64,000 nucleotides of DNA from positions 708,603 to 772,602 of the forward strand of contig CAVZHA010000015.1 of NCBI GenBank assembly GCA_963774945.1. Reading direction: 5' to 3'. The notes under the pieces are model-generated. The model did not search any database. It saw only the letters and a list, made by a program, of their open reading frames with translations, and was not told the origin of the DNA. Source of the DNA: an uncultured Actinomycetota bacterium. Its GTDB lineage: Bacteria > Actinomycetota > Actinomycetes > Streptosporangiales > Streptosporangiaceae. A program made the translations under genes and the position numbers. Shown here in pieces: positions 1-8,595 of this stretch (position 1 is the first letter of the stretch; the number at the start of each line of letters is the position of its first letter).

Positions 1-272
1 GGTGCCTGGGCCGCGATCGGCAGCATGTCCTCGATGACCTGCAGGCCGGTCACCTTCGGGGAGTACTCGCTCATCAGCAGCGCGATGTCGACGCCCTCGG
101 CCGCCAGGTAGGCGTCGAACTCGGCGGGCACCACGGCGCCGTCCGCATCGTAGAGCCGTTCCATGGCGGCCTCGGCCGCGAACCCTTGCAGCCAGGTTTC
201 CCTGGGCAGCTTGAGCGTGGACAGCCGGGCGGCGTGCAGATGGACGTCGATGAGCGGCATTCCGTCGAGCAT
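1..272 (-). CDS. Amidohydrolase family protein (5' part; runs off the window edge)
   Basis: Manual translation from ATG at 272 gives MLDGMPLIDVHLHAARL..., with the N-terminal D-x-H-x-H metal-binding motif of amidohydrolase_2 proteins. It starts 14 bp after the CoA ligase stop. Confidence 0.8.
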   Translation of the reverse strand, partial: MLDGMPLIDVHLHAARLSTLKLPRETWLQGFAAEAAMERLYDADGAVVPAEFDAYLAAEGVDIALLMSEYSPKVTGLQVIEDMLPIAAQA

Positions 273-286
273 GACGCTTTGCTACC

Positions 287-1855
287 TCACTGAGTACTGT
301 CGGTCGTGGTCAACACGCCGAGGGCCATCGTGCGCAGGTCCACCCGGCGGATCTTCCCGGTCGCGGTGGTGGGGAACCCTTCGGTGAAGACGATCGCACG
401 GGGGCGCTTGAACGACGGCAGTCCCTCCCGGCAGTACTCGATGAGCTCGGCCTCGGTCGCGGCCCCGTCGACCGCGAGCTGCACGTAGGCGACCGGCTTC
501 TCGAGGCCGTCGGGGTCCGGGGCGGCGACCACCACCGCCTGGGCGACGGCCGGGTGCGACAGCAGCCGGGTCTCGACCTCCATCGGGGAGACCCAGATCC
601 CGGACGCCTTGATCATGTCGCCGGTCCGGCCCAGGCACTCGTAGTACCCGCCGGCGTCCCTGACGTAGGTGTCGCCGGTGCGCAGCCACTCGCCCTGGAA
701 GACCAGCCGGGACGCGTCGTAGCGAGCCCAGTAGCCGGTCGCCGAGGACTGGCCGCGCACGTACAGGGTGCCGGGGGTGCCCGGCTGGGTGATCTCCCGG
801 CCGCTCTCCTCGTCAAGCAGCTTGAGGTCGTAGCCGGGCACGGCCACGCCGGTGGTGCCCGGCCGCACCGCGCCGGGCGCGTTGGACAGGAAGATGTGCA
901 GCATCTCGGTCATCCCGATGCCGTCGATGATGTCGATGCCGAACTGCGTCGTCCACCGCGCGTAGAGCGACGCGGGGAGCGCCTCGCCGGCCGAGGCGGC
1001 CAGCCGGACCCCGCTTAGCGCGTCGGCCGGCAGTCCGGCCCTGAGCATGTTGGCGAAGAACGTCGGGCCGCCGAAGAAGAGGGTCGCGCCGTGCTTGGCG
1101 GCCGTCTCCGCGATCAGGTCGGGGCGGGACGGCGACGGCAGCAGCACGCAGGCCGCGCCGACCGACAGCGGGAACAGGACCGAGTTGCCGAGGCCGTAGG
1201 CGAAGAACGCCTTCGCGGCCGACAGGCAGCGGTCCGACGGCGTGATCCCGAGCACCTGCGCGGCGTAGGTCTCGCAGACGACCCGGACGGACCCGTGCCG
1301 GTGCATGGCGCCCTTCGGCGTTCCGGTGGTGCCCGAGGTGTAGAGCCAGAAGGCCGGGGAGTCGGCCGTGGTGTCGTAGACCGACTCGTCGGGCGGGTAG
1401 GCGGCCAGGTCGTCCAGTTGGTGAACTGGCCGGGGACTGGCAGCAAGCGGGACGTCTGCCAGTACACCGGCCAGCTCGGGTGCCGCTGCGGCGGCCGACT
1501 CCGCCACGGCGGCGAACTCACCGGTGATCGCGAGGAACCGGGCCCGGGAGTCGCGGAGCAGGTCCGCGACCCCGTCGGCCCGCAGCATCGTCGAGACCGG
1601 CACTGGAATCGCGCCTACCCGCATAGCGGCCAGGTAAACAACCACGAAGGCCGGCGAGTCCGGCATCAGCATCAGGATCCGCTGCTCGGGCTGGACGCCG
1701 ACGGCGCGCAGGCCCGCCGCGGTGCGGCAGACCCGGTCGTGCAGCTGCGCGTAGCTGACCTCGCCGGCCGGGCCGGTCAGCGCGATCCGCTGTCCGTCCC
1801 CGGCCGTCAGCCGCCGGTCGAGCAGGTACTCGCACGCGTTGAACAGTTGCTCCAT
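287..1855 (-). CDS. Benzoate-CoA ligase family protein
   Basis: AMP-binding motif FWLYTSGTTGTPKG, plus AAKAFFAYGLGN and DGIGMTEMLHIFLSN typical of benzoate-CoA ligases. Adjacent to boxB and boxC. Confidence 0.9.
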   Translation of the reverse strand: MEQLFNACEYLLDRRLTAGDGQRIALTGPAGEVSYAQLHDRVCRTAAGLRAVGVQPEQRILMLMPDSPAFVVVYLAAMRVGAIPVPVSTMLRADGVADLLRDSRARFLAITGEFAAVAESAAAAAPELAGVLADVPLAASPRPVHQLDDLAAYPPDESVYDTTADSPAFWLYTSGTTGTPKGAMHRHGSVRVVCETYAAQVLGITPSDRCLSAAKAFFAYGLGNSVLFPLSVGAACVLLPSPSRPDLIAETAAKHGATLFFGGPTFFANMLRAGLPADALSGVRLAASAGEALPASLYARWTTQFGIDIIDGIGMTEMLHIFLSNAPGAVRPGTTGVAVPGYDLKLLDEESGREITQPGTPGTLYVRGQSSATGYWARYDASRLVFQGEWLRTGDTYVRDAGGYYECLGRTGDMIKASGIWVSPMEVETRLLSHPAVAQAVVVAAPDPDGLEKPVAYVQLAVDGAATEAELIEYCREGLPSFKRPRAIVFTEGFPTTATGKIRRVDLRTMALGVLTTTDSTQ

Positions 1856-1894
1856 CGCAGTCGGTCCTCGGGGTTGCGGTTCTGCCAGCTCTGT

Positions 1895-3310
1895 CTAGGC
1901 CAGGTGCACGTAGTCGTAGTCGAACGGGTGACCGTTGATGCCGTTGCGGGGCGGCGCGACCCACGCCGCGATCTTGCCGCGCTGATGCACCGGCTGCATC
2001 AGCGATCGCACGAATGTTTTATCTGTATCGGTTGGCAGCCATTGTCCCTTGCGCGCCTCCCACACGCCAGCGGAAAGGCGTTCCCCGGTCGGCGACGCCT
2101 CGATCGGGGCGAACGCCCCGACCTTCCGGTTGAACGCGATGTGCGGCAGGTACAGCCGCTGCGGGAGGCCCGCCTGGTCGAGGATGCGGTTCCACCGCTT
2201 GATGCCGCCGGCGCAGTCGGCGATGTACTCACGCCGCAGGTCGGTGTTGAGGCCGACCAGCGCGCTCACCTCGGTCTGCGCGATCTCCCCGTCGGTCAGC
2301 GCGTCCACCATGATCGCGTCGCTGGCCAGCAGGTGGTCGTCTTTGCGCCGATCCTCCAGCCAGCGGCCCTTGAGGCCGGCCGTGTAGTAGTTGGCGACGT
2401 TGGTCGAGGTTTCCCCGCCGAACAGGTCGAGGGAGACGCTGTAGTGGAAGTTGATGTACTTCTGGATGACCGGGAGCGGGATCGCCCCGTAGGCGGCCAC
2501 GTCGTCGGTGTCGTTCTCAACCATCACCTGCGCGGTCCGCTCCACCACCCGGTCGACGCCGGTGGTGCCGACCATCATGTGGTGCGCCTCTTCCTTGAGC
2601 ATGAACTCGCAGGTCCGGCTCAGCGGGTCGAAGGCGGACTCCTTCAGCGTGCCGAGCTGGTACTTGCCGTCCCGGTCGGTGAAGTAGGTGAACATGTAGA
2701 ACGACAGCCAGTCGGGGGTCTCCTCGTTGAACGCGCCGAGGATGCGGGGCGAGTCCTCGCTGCCCGAGTTGCGGTGCAGCAGTTCCTCGGCCTCCTCCCG
2801 GCCCTCGCGGCCGAAGTAGGCGTGCAGCAGGTAGACCATCGCCCACAGGTGGCGGCCCTCTTCGACGTTGACCTGGAACAGGTTGCGCAGGTCGTACAGG
2901 GACGGCGCGGTCGCGCCGAGGTTGCGCTGCTGCTCCACGCTGGCCGGCTCGGTGTCGCCCTGGATCACGATCAGCCGCTGCAGCTCGGCCCGGTACTCGC
3001 CGGGCACCTTCTGCCAGGCGGGCTCCCCCTTGTGGGCGCCGAACGCGATCCGCCGGTCGCCGTCGCGCTCGGCCAGGAAGATGCCCCACCGGTAGTCCCG
3101 CATCGGCACGTGGCCGAACTGCGCCCAGCCCTCGCGGCCGACGTTGACCGCCGTGCGCAGGTAGACGTCCTGGGTCGGCAGCGTCGGCCCCATCGACTCC
3201 CACCAGGACAGGAAGTTGGGCTGCCAGGACTCCAGCGCCCGCTGCAGCCGCCGGTCCTCGTTCAGGCTGACGTTGTTGGGGATCTTCTCGGCGTAATCAG
3301 GGGTGGTCAT
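1895..3310 (-). CDS. boxB: Benzoyl-CoA 2,3-epoxidase oxygenase subunit BoxB
   Basis: N-terminus EKIPNNV..DRRLQRALE, QGDTEPASVEQQ, and di-iron motifs NVEEGRH and EEAHH; 471 aa. Confidence 0.95.
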   Translation of the reverse strand: MTTPDYAEKIPNNVSLNEDRRLQRALESWQPNFLSWWESMGPTLPTQDVYLRTAVNVGREGWAQFGHVPMRDYRWGIFLAERDGDRRIAFGAHKGEPAWQKVPGEYRAELQRLIVIQGDTEPASVEQQRNLGATAPSLYDLRNLFQVNVEEGRHLWAMVYLLHAYFGREGREEAEELLHRNSGSEDSPRILGAFNEETPDWLSFYMFTYFTDRDGKYQLGTLKESAFDPLSRTCEFMLKEEAHHMMVGTTGVDRVVERTAQVMVENDTDDVAAYGAIPLPVIQKYINFHYSVSLDLFGGETSTNVANYYTAGLKGRWLEDRRKDDHLLASDAIMVDALTDGEIAQTEVSALVGLNTDLRREYIADCAGGIKRWNRILDQAGLPQRLYLPHIAFNRKVGAFAPIEASPTGERLSAGVWEARKGQWLPTDTDKTFVRSLMQPVHQRGKIAAWVAPPRNGINGHPFDYDYVHLA

Positions 3311-3316
3311 GGAACC

Positions 3317-4981
3317 TCAGACTCGCTTCCGGTCGAAATCGGCCCGCTTGCCGGTGCCGTACGCGCGCAGCGCGCCGTCGGGCCCCGAGGCGTTCGGGCG
3401 GTAGAAGATCCAGTTCTGCCAGGCGGTCAGCCGGCCGAAGATCTTGGTCTCGATGGTCTCCGGGCCCGCGAACCGGTAGTTCGCCTCCAGGCCCGTCAAC
3501 GCGTCAGGGGAGAAGGCCGACCGCTCCTCGATCGCGATCCGCACCTCCTCCTCCCAGTCGATGTCATCGGGCGCGAAGGTGACCAGGCCGAGCCTCTCCG
3601 CCTCCTCGGCTTCCAGCGGCTCGCCCGCGCGCTTCTCGACGTCGGCCAGGCCGTCGTCGTCGCCGTAGAACCGGGTCTGCAGGCGCGTGAGGCCGTTGCC
3701 CATCGGCAGCGGGCCCAGGTTCATCGCACCGACGGTGATCGCGGCCGGCGTCGCGTCCGGATCGGCGTCCTCGAAGACGCCGAACAGCATGTAGGAGCGG
3801 TCCGCCGCCAGCGCGAGCTCGAGCAGTGAGCCGGCGAAGCAGGAGCCCGGCTCGATCAGCGCGATCAGCGAGCGGCTGGTCACGTCGAGGCGCTTGAGCG
3901 TCCGCTTCAGGTAGAGCACGATCTCGTTGGCGAGCCAGTCGGAGGCGGCGCCCTCGATCAGCAGCGCGTCGTGCGCGAGGACCCGCTCGGCCGATCCGAT
4001 TGTCCGCAGCACCCAGGTGCCGATCTCGGTCTCGTTGGTGCGCAGGTCGAGGATCAGGTCGTCGAGCTCGCGGGCGACCGCCAGCGGCCAGAACGCCGCC
4101 CCGGCGGCGTGCGCCTCGGCCATCGACGGCGGGGCGTCCTCGGGCGGACCGGTCACGATGATCTCCGCGATCGCGCGGTCGCGGTCCAGCGCCGCCGATA
4201 CGTGCCGGTACGTGATCGCGTCGGCCGTCCGGGACTTGTCGAGCTCGGTCAGCTCGATCGCCGCGCTGCCGGGGAGACGGGTGCTGGCCGACGCTAGAGC
4301 CAGGGACCGTTCGGACACCGCTTCTTTCCAGCGCACCCGCGGCACGGCCTCATCGACGAGCTTCCACGCAACTGCCTTCTTGCCCCCGAGACCCTCCGCC
4401 TTGGTGGAGAAGTAGTCGGCCAGGTCGCGGCGGACGTGCCGCTTGTCGACCACCCGGGTGAGGCCGCCGGTGCCCGGCAGTACGCCAAGCAGCGGCAGCT
4501 CGGGCAGCGAGACGGCCGACGACCGGTCGTCGACGAGCAGGATCTGGTCGCACGCGAGCGCGAGCTCGTAGCCGCCGCCGGAAGCGGTGCCGTTCAGCGC
4601 GGCCAGGTAGGTCTGGCCGGAGTTCTCGGTCGCGTCCTCGATGCCGTTGCGGGTCTCGTTGGTGAACTTGCAGAAGTTCACCTTCCACGGGTGGGAGGAG
4701 GCGGCCAGCATCCTGATGTTGGCCCCGGCGCAGAAGATCTTCTCCTTGCCGCTGGTCAGCACCACGGTCTTGACCTCGGGGTGCTCGAACCGCAGGCGCT
4801 GAACCGCGTCGTAGAGCTCGATGTCCACGCCCAGGTCGTAGGAGTTCAGCTTGAGCTCGTACCCGGGCACCAGGCCGCCCTGCTCGTCGACGTCCATGGT
4901 CAGGGTGGCGACCGGGCCGTCGACGGCGAGCTTCCAGTGCCGGTAGCTGGCCGGACAAGTCCTGAATTCGACGTGCGCCAT
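3317..4981 (-). CDS. boxC: 2,3-epoxybenzoyl-CoA dihydrolase BoxC
   Basis: Crotonase-fold protein with YRHWKL, LKLNSYDLGVDIEL, KVNFCKFTNETRN and C-terminal GRLTAWQNWIF. Start placed at ATG 4981 from the promoter position; the ORF track uses 4990. Confidence 0.95.
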   Translation of the reverse strand: MAHVEFRTCPASYRHWKLAVDGPVATLTMDVDEQGGLVPGYELKLNSYDLGVDIELYDAVQRLRFEHPEVKTVVLTSGKEKIFCAGANIRMLAASSHPWKVNFCKFTNETRNGIEDATENSGQTYLAALNGTASGGGYELALACDQILLVDDRSSAVSLPELPLLGVLPGTGGLTRVVDKRHVRRDLADYFSTKAEGLGGKKAVAWKLVDEAVPRVRWKEAVSERSLALASASTRLPGSAAIELTELDKSRTADAITYRHVSAALDRDRAIAEIIVTGPPEDAPPSMAEAHAAGAAFWPLAVARELDDLILDLRTNETEIGTWVLRTIGSAERVLAHDALLIEGAASDWLANEIVLYLKRTLKRLDVTSRSLIALIEPGSCFAGSLLELALAADRSYMLFGVFEDADPDATPAAITVGAMNLGPLPMGNGLTRLQTRFYGDDDGLADVEKRAGEPLEAEEAERLGLVTFAPDDIDWEEEVRIAIEERSAFSPDALTGLEANYRFAGPETIETKIFGRLTAWQNWIFYRPNASGPDGALRAYGTGKRADFDRKRV

Positions 4982-4990
4982 GCCGTCCAT

Positions 4991-5018
4991 ACTCTACGAA
5001 TGACTGCGTATTCGTCAA
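4991..5018 (-). promoter_or_regulatory. Putative sigma70 promoter of the box operon with an overlapping palindromic operator
   Basis: Minus strand reads TTGACG (5018-5013), 16 nt, TAGAGT (4996-4991). The inverted repeat ACGAAT-N8-ATTCGT (4996-5015) overlaps it. Confidence 0.55.
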
Positions 5019-5050
5019 GGTTCCGTAGAACATTACCCACGCGAGCCAAA

Positions 5051-5132
5051 GCGCGCGCCGCTGCCGGCGGAGCGAGGAGCGAGGGAGCGCAGCGACTGAG
5101 CGACGAGGGAGCAGGCAGTGGCTTCAAGCGCG
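5051..5132. repeat. REP-like intergenic element (GAGCGAGGAGCGAGGGAGCGCAGCGACTGAGCGACGAGGGAGC)
   Basis: Low-complexity GAGCG-rich structured element between the paaX stop and the boxC promoter; single copy in this window. Confidence 0.35.
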
Positions 5133-6011
5133 CGGCGGCGAGCGGGAAGATACAGCCTTCGGCGCGGCGGCGAGCGGGGATAACACAGTGTTCAGCCGGC
5201 GCCACTCGCGATGCGCGTCCGGCAGCCACCGCTGGTGCCGGTCGGCGAACAGCTCGGCCGCGCGGATCCCGGTCCACCGCGGCGGCAGCAGCTCGCGTGG
5301 CAGGGACGGGTCGAGGGCTGGGAACCGCCGCCACGCGTGCACCAGCTCGAGCTGACGCAGCAGTACGTCACCCGGCACCTCGGGCGCCCGGAACTCGGCC
5401 ACGAACTGCTCGTACTCCGCCTCGAGGTTTGGCAGGTCCCAGGCCGCGGCGACCATCGCGCTGGTGTCGGACAGCCCGGCGCGGCGGGCCACGAACACGT
5501 GCGCGTCGCCCGCCACCCCGGCTTCCGTCAGCACCCGGACCGCCTCGCGCTCGCGGTCAGCGTGCGGGCTGATCCACAGGCCGGGGCCGAGCGAGCCGAA
5601 CCCGGCCCAGGCAAGCCGGGTCCGCACCACGTGCCGGGCGCGCCGATCGGACTCGGGGATCCGCACCTGGGCGAGCACCCACTGGCCGTCCCAGGCCGCC
5701 GCCGGGCCGAAGGAGTAAATGCGCTTGGCCCCGTCGCCCAGCAGCTTCGTCGCCGCCGACGTGAGCCGCCAGCGGGTCCGCCGGCCGACCTTCTCCGGCT
5801 GCAGCCAGCCCGCGTTGGACGTGCGCATCAGCGCCTGCCTGGTCGCCTTCTCGGCCACCCCGAGGCGCTCGAACGCCGCCAGCACCGCGCTGGTCCAGGC
5901 CGCCCCCTCGCTCGGCAGCACGAACTCACCGAGCAGGGTAAACAGCAGGCCGCGAGCCGACCCCGCGCCGACCTCGTGGCGGCGCGACAGCACCGGCGCG
6001 GCGGATTCCAC
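5124..6011 (-). CDS. paaX: PaaX family transcriptional regulator
   Basis: SARGLLFTLLGEFV wHTH start, LAWAGFGSLGPGLWISP, and C-terminal WRRFPALDPSLPRELLP. Confidence 0.9.
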   Translation of the reverse strand: MESAAPVLSRRHEVGAGSARGLLFTLLGEFVLPSEGAAWTSAVLAAFERLGVAEKATRQALMRTSNAGWLQPEKVGRRTRWRLTSAATKLLGDGAKRIYSFGPAAAWDGQWVLAQVRIPESDRRARHVVRTRLAWAGFGSLGPGLWISPHADREREAVRVLTEAGVAGDAHVFVARRAGLSDTSAMVAAAWDLPNLEAEYEQFVAEFRAPEVPGDVLLRQLELVHAWRRFPALDPSLPRELLPPRWTGIRAAELFADRHQRWLPDAHREWRRLNTVLSPLAAAPKAVSSRSPPRA

Positions 6012-6150
6012 TTAACTGCTCCGGTTCCGCATGATCTAAGTAGCATACCGCCCGACCGCCCCCGACCCCGGTAACCACACCTTAGACCCCGTCGCGCCGC
6101 CGCGCCGGTGGGCGCCGCGCCGGTGGGCGCCGCGCCGCGTAGCGGATTGA

Positions 6151-6202
6151 GCCCAAATGCGCATTCGGGCTCACTCTTGCCGGCCCAAAGGCGCATTCGG
6201 GC
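6151..6202. repeat. Dispersed palindromic REP-like doublet, family A (GCCCAAATGCGCATTCGGGC x2, 32-bp period)
   Basis: Two near-identical 20-bp imperfect palindromes separated by TCACTCTTGCCG; a second locus is at 49850-49901. Confidence 0.8.
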
Positions 6203-6349
6203 CGTTGGGGTGGGGGTGGGGTGAGGGTGGGGGTGGGGGTGGGGCCCGCCGCGCCATTGCGACGGGACCCCGTGTAGGTGGGGGCGGATGCCCCCATGCC
6301 CACAGACCACCTCCGGGTCTCGCCGCGTTTTGTGCGGCGGGATCCGCTA

Positions 6350-6410
6350 GGGGGTTTGGGGGGCGAGAGCCCCCCAAGCTGGGGGGTCTCCGGGGGGTCG
6401 TCCCCCGGGA
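6350..6410. repeat. REP-like G/C hairpin element, family B (CGGGGGGTCGTCCCCCGGGA)
   Basis: Hairpins GGGGGG-CGAGAG-CCCCCC and GGGGG-TCGT-CCCCC just past the NlpC stop; the core recurs at 46148-46168. Confidence 0.65.
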
Positions 6411-6413
6411 GTG

Positions 6414-7092
6414 TTAATGCGTCAGCGTGCCGAAGGTGACCGTGTCGCCTGCCCAGGAGAAGTTCTGCCATTTGACGTCGCTGCCGGTGCTCGTCGCGGC
6501 CACCATGTCGTTTCCGCCCTCGTAGATTCCCACGTGGTAGACGTAGCTGTGCGGATTGCTGTCGACGTGGAAGAACACCAGGTCGCCGCCCCAGGCCCGC
6601 TTCTTGCTAATGGGCCGGAACTCGAGGAACTGGGCCTCCGCGGTGCGCTGGATGCCCTTGCCGAGGCGGCGGTAGACGTACTGGGTGAGGCCGGAGCAGT
6701 CGAACCCGGCCGGGCTGGTCCCCCCGTAGCGATAGCGGACGCCCTCGTACTTCTTGACTAGCGTCGCGACCTCCTGATTGAAGGACAGGCGATGCTTGCC
6801 GGTGTAACTCATGTCGTATGCCGTCTTGGGCGTGGTGGCCCTGTGACTCTTGGGCTTCTTCAGCGACTTCCCGAGTGGCCCGTTATTGCCAGGTACCGCT
6901 GCGTTCGGCTTGGCGCCGGCGGGCAGATTCGCCGCCTGGGCACCCCCCGCGACTCCTGCCATCGGGACGCTGAGCGCCACCGTGGCGAGGGCCGCCTTCG
7001 CCAGCCAGTTGCGCCGCACCTTAGGCGCCTCCACGCTTGGCAACGACCCGCGTATAGGTCTCTGACCCCCGTTTAAGCATGACGCCGTTCAT
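6414..7092 (-). CDS. Secreted NlpC/P60 (C40) cell-wall peptidase; 5' end probably split by a +1 frameshift near 7031
   Basis: YRYGGTSPAGFDCSGL, GDLVFF and YHVGIY motifs with a signal-like hydrophobic segment. ATG at 7092 has an AAAGGA RBS and joins the frame (..VAKREAPKVRR..) if one G is removed; the uncorrected ORF is 6414-7043. Confidence 0.85.
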
Positions 7093-7573
7093 GTTCTTTG
7101 TCCTTTCTTTCCTTTTTAACAATGCGTATTCGGTTGTTTGCATGTGGCTAGTGAGGTGCCCACTGCGCATACTTCCCTATCATCGGGGCAGGGAGGTTGT
7201 CTCGTAAGCGGCCATGTTTAGGTCCGGTATGTCACACAGATCACGGTCAGATAAAGGCTTGTTCTTGGCTTCGCATTATGGATTTTGATATTTACAAAAC
7301 CCCAGTTCAGAGCGCCTACCATCGTTGTCATTGAATGATCAACTGTCGAGTTTTGATCGCTCTTGCCCGTGTGTTATATGTCACAACGGCCTTACCGAGG
7401 ACGGGCCCGGACGGAGGGCTCGAATGTCTTATTTCCCCCCGTTACCGTCCTGTGATTGGCGTTGAAAAAGATCTTCACGTGACAGTTGTTGCCTGTGTGA
7501 CTGCGGCGCGGCCGAAGCACTCCGGGGCGCCTGGGGCACGCCGCCGCGCGCCACCGGCTAGACTGCCCGTCTT

Positions 7574-8515
7574 GTGAGCGGTACTGAGAGCATTCTGGTC
7601 ACCGGCGGCGCCGGATTCGTGGGCGCGACGCTGGTGCGGCGCCTGGTCGCGAGCGGCTACCGAGTCCGCGTGCTCGACAACCTGTCCACCGGCGCCGAGG
7701 CGCACCTGGCGGGCGTGGACGCCGAGCTCGTGGTGGGTGACATCCGCGACGACGACGCCCTCGACGACGCGCTCAAGGGCCTCGACGCGGTCATCCATCT
7801 GGCCGCGGCGGGGTCGGTGGTCGGCTCGATCGACGATCCGGTCGGCAACTTCGAGTCGAACGTGGTCGGCACGTTCCGGGTGCTCGACGCCGCCCGCAGG
7901 GCCGGGGTGGCGCGCACCGTCCAGGCCTCCACCGGCGGCGCGCTCATCGGGGACGCCACTCCCCCGGTCAACGAGCAGTCGCTGCCCAAGCCGATCTCGC
8001 CCTACGGTGCGTCCAAGCTGGCGGGCGAGGCCTACGCGCACGCGTTCGCCAAGACCTACGGGCTGCGCACCGTCGCGGTCCGCTTCGGCAACGTGTACGG
8101 GCCCTGGTGCGACCGCAAGCGGGGCGTGCTCAACGTGTACTTCGAGTCGCTGCACGACGGCGTGCCGCTGGTCATCTACGGCGACGGCACCGCCTCGCGG
8201 GACTACGTCCACGTCTCTGACATCGCCCAGGCGCTGCAACTGGCGCTGGAGAAGGACGTCCCCGGCGGCACCGTGGTGCACGCCGCCTCGGGCGTGGAGA
8301 CGCCGCTGACCGAGCTGGCGGACCTGTGCCGCCAGGCGGCCGGGCTCCCCGATCACCCGATCGAGTACCGGCCCTCCCGGGCGGGCGAGGTCGGGCGGAA
8401 CTTCGCCTCCTACGACCTGGCCCGCGAGCTGCTCGGCTACTCCCCCACGGTGCGGCGCGAGGACGGCATCCCGCTGCTGTGGCAGTGGTTCAAGGACGAG
8501 ATCTTCAAGGACTGA
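7574..8515 (+). CDS. NAD-dependent epimerase/dehydratase (UDP-glucose 4-epimerase-like)
   Basis: Extended-SDR motifs ILVTGGAGFVG, YGASK and RFGNVYGP. Confidence 0.9.
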   Translation: MSGTESILVTGGAGFVGATLVRRLVASGYRVRVLDNLSTGAEAHLAGVDAELVVGDIRDDDALDDALKGLDAVIHLAAAGSVVGSIDDPVGNFESNVVGTFRVLDAARRAGVARTVQASTGGALIGDATPPVNEQSLPKPISPYGASKLAGEAYAHAFAKTYGLRTVAVRFGNVYGPWCDRKRGVLNVYFESLHDGVPLVIYGDGTASRDYVHVSDIAQALQLALEKDVPGGTVVHAASGVETPLTELADLCRQAAGLPDHPIEYRPSRAGEVGRNFASYDLARELLGYSPTVRREDGIPLLWQWFKDEIFKD

Positions 8516-8595
8516 TCGGCTTGGCGCCCCGCGCCACCTCGGATCAACTCCGACGGTTACCGACCACGATTCGCGGTAGATAGAGCACCGGCATA

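Noticed and set aside
1091-3829. 912-aa + strand ORF and many other long Arg/Pro/Gly-rich ORFs (e.g. 28814-31075, 41329-43440, 52124-53968)
   Set aside because: They are antisense or off-frame shadows of real high-GC genes and carry no recognisable motifs.
7093-7400. c-di-AMP (ydaO) riboswitch upstream of NlpC/P60
   Set aside because: Expected in this context, but I could not find the conserved motifs (e.g. GAACCCGUCAGCUAAC) on the minus strand.
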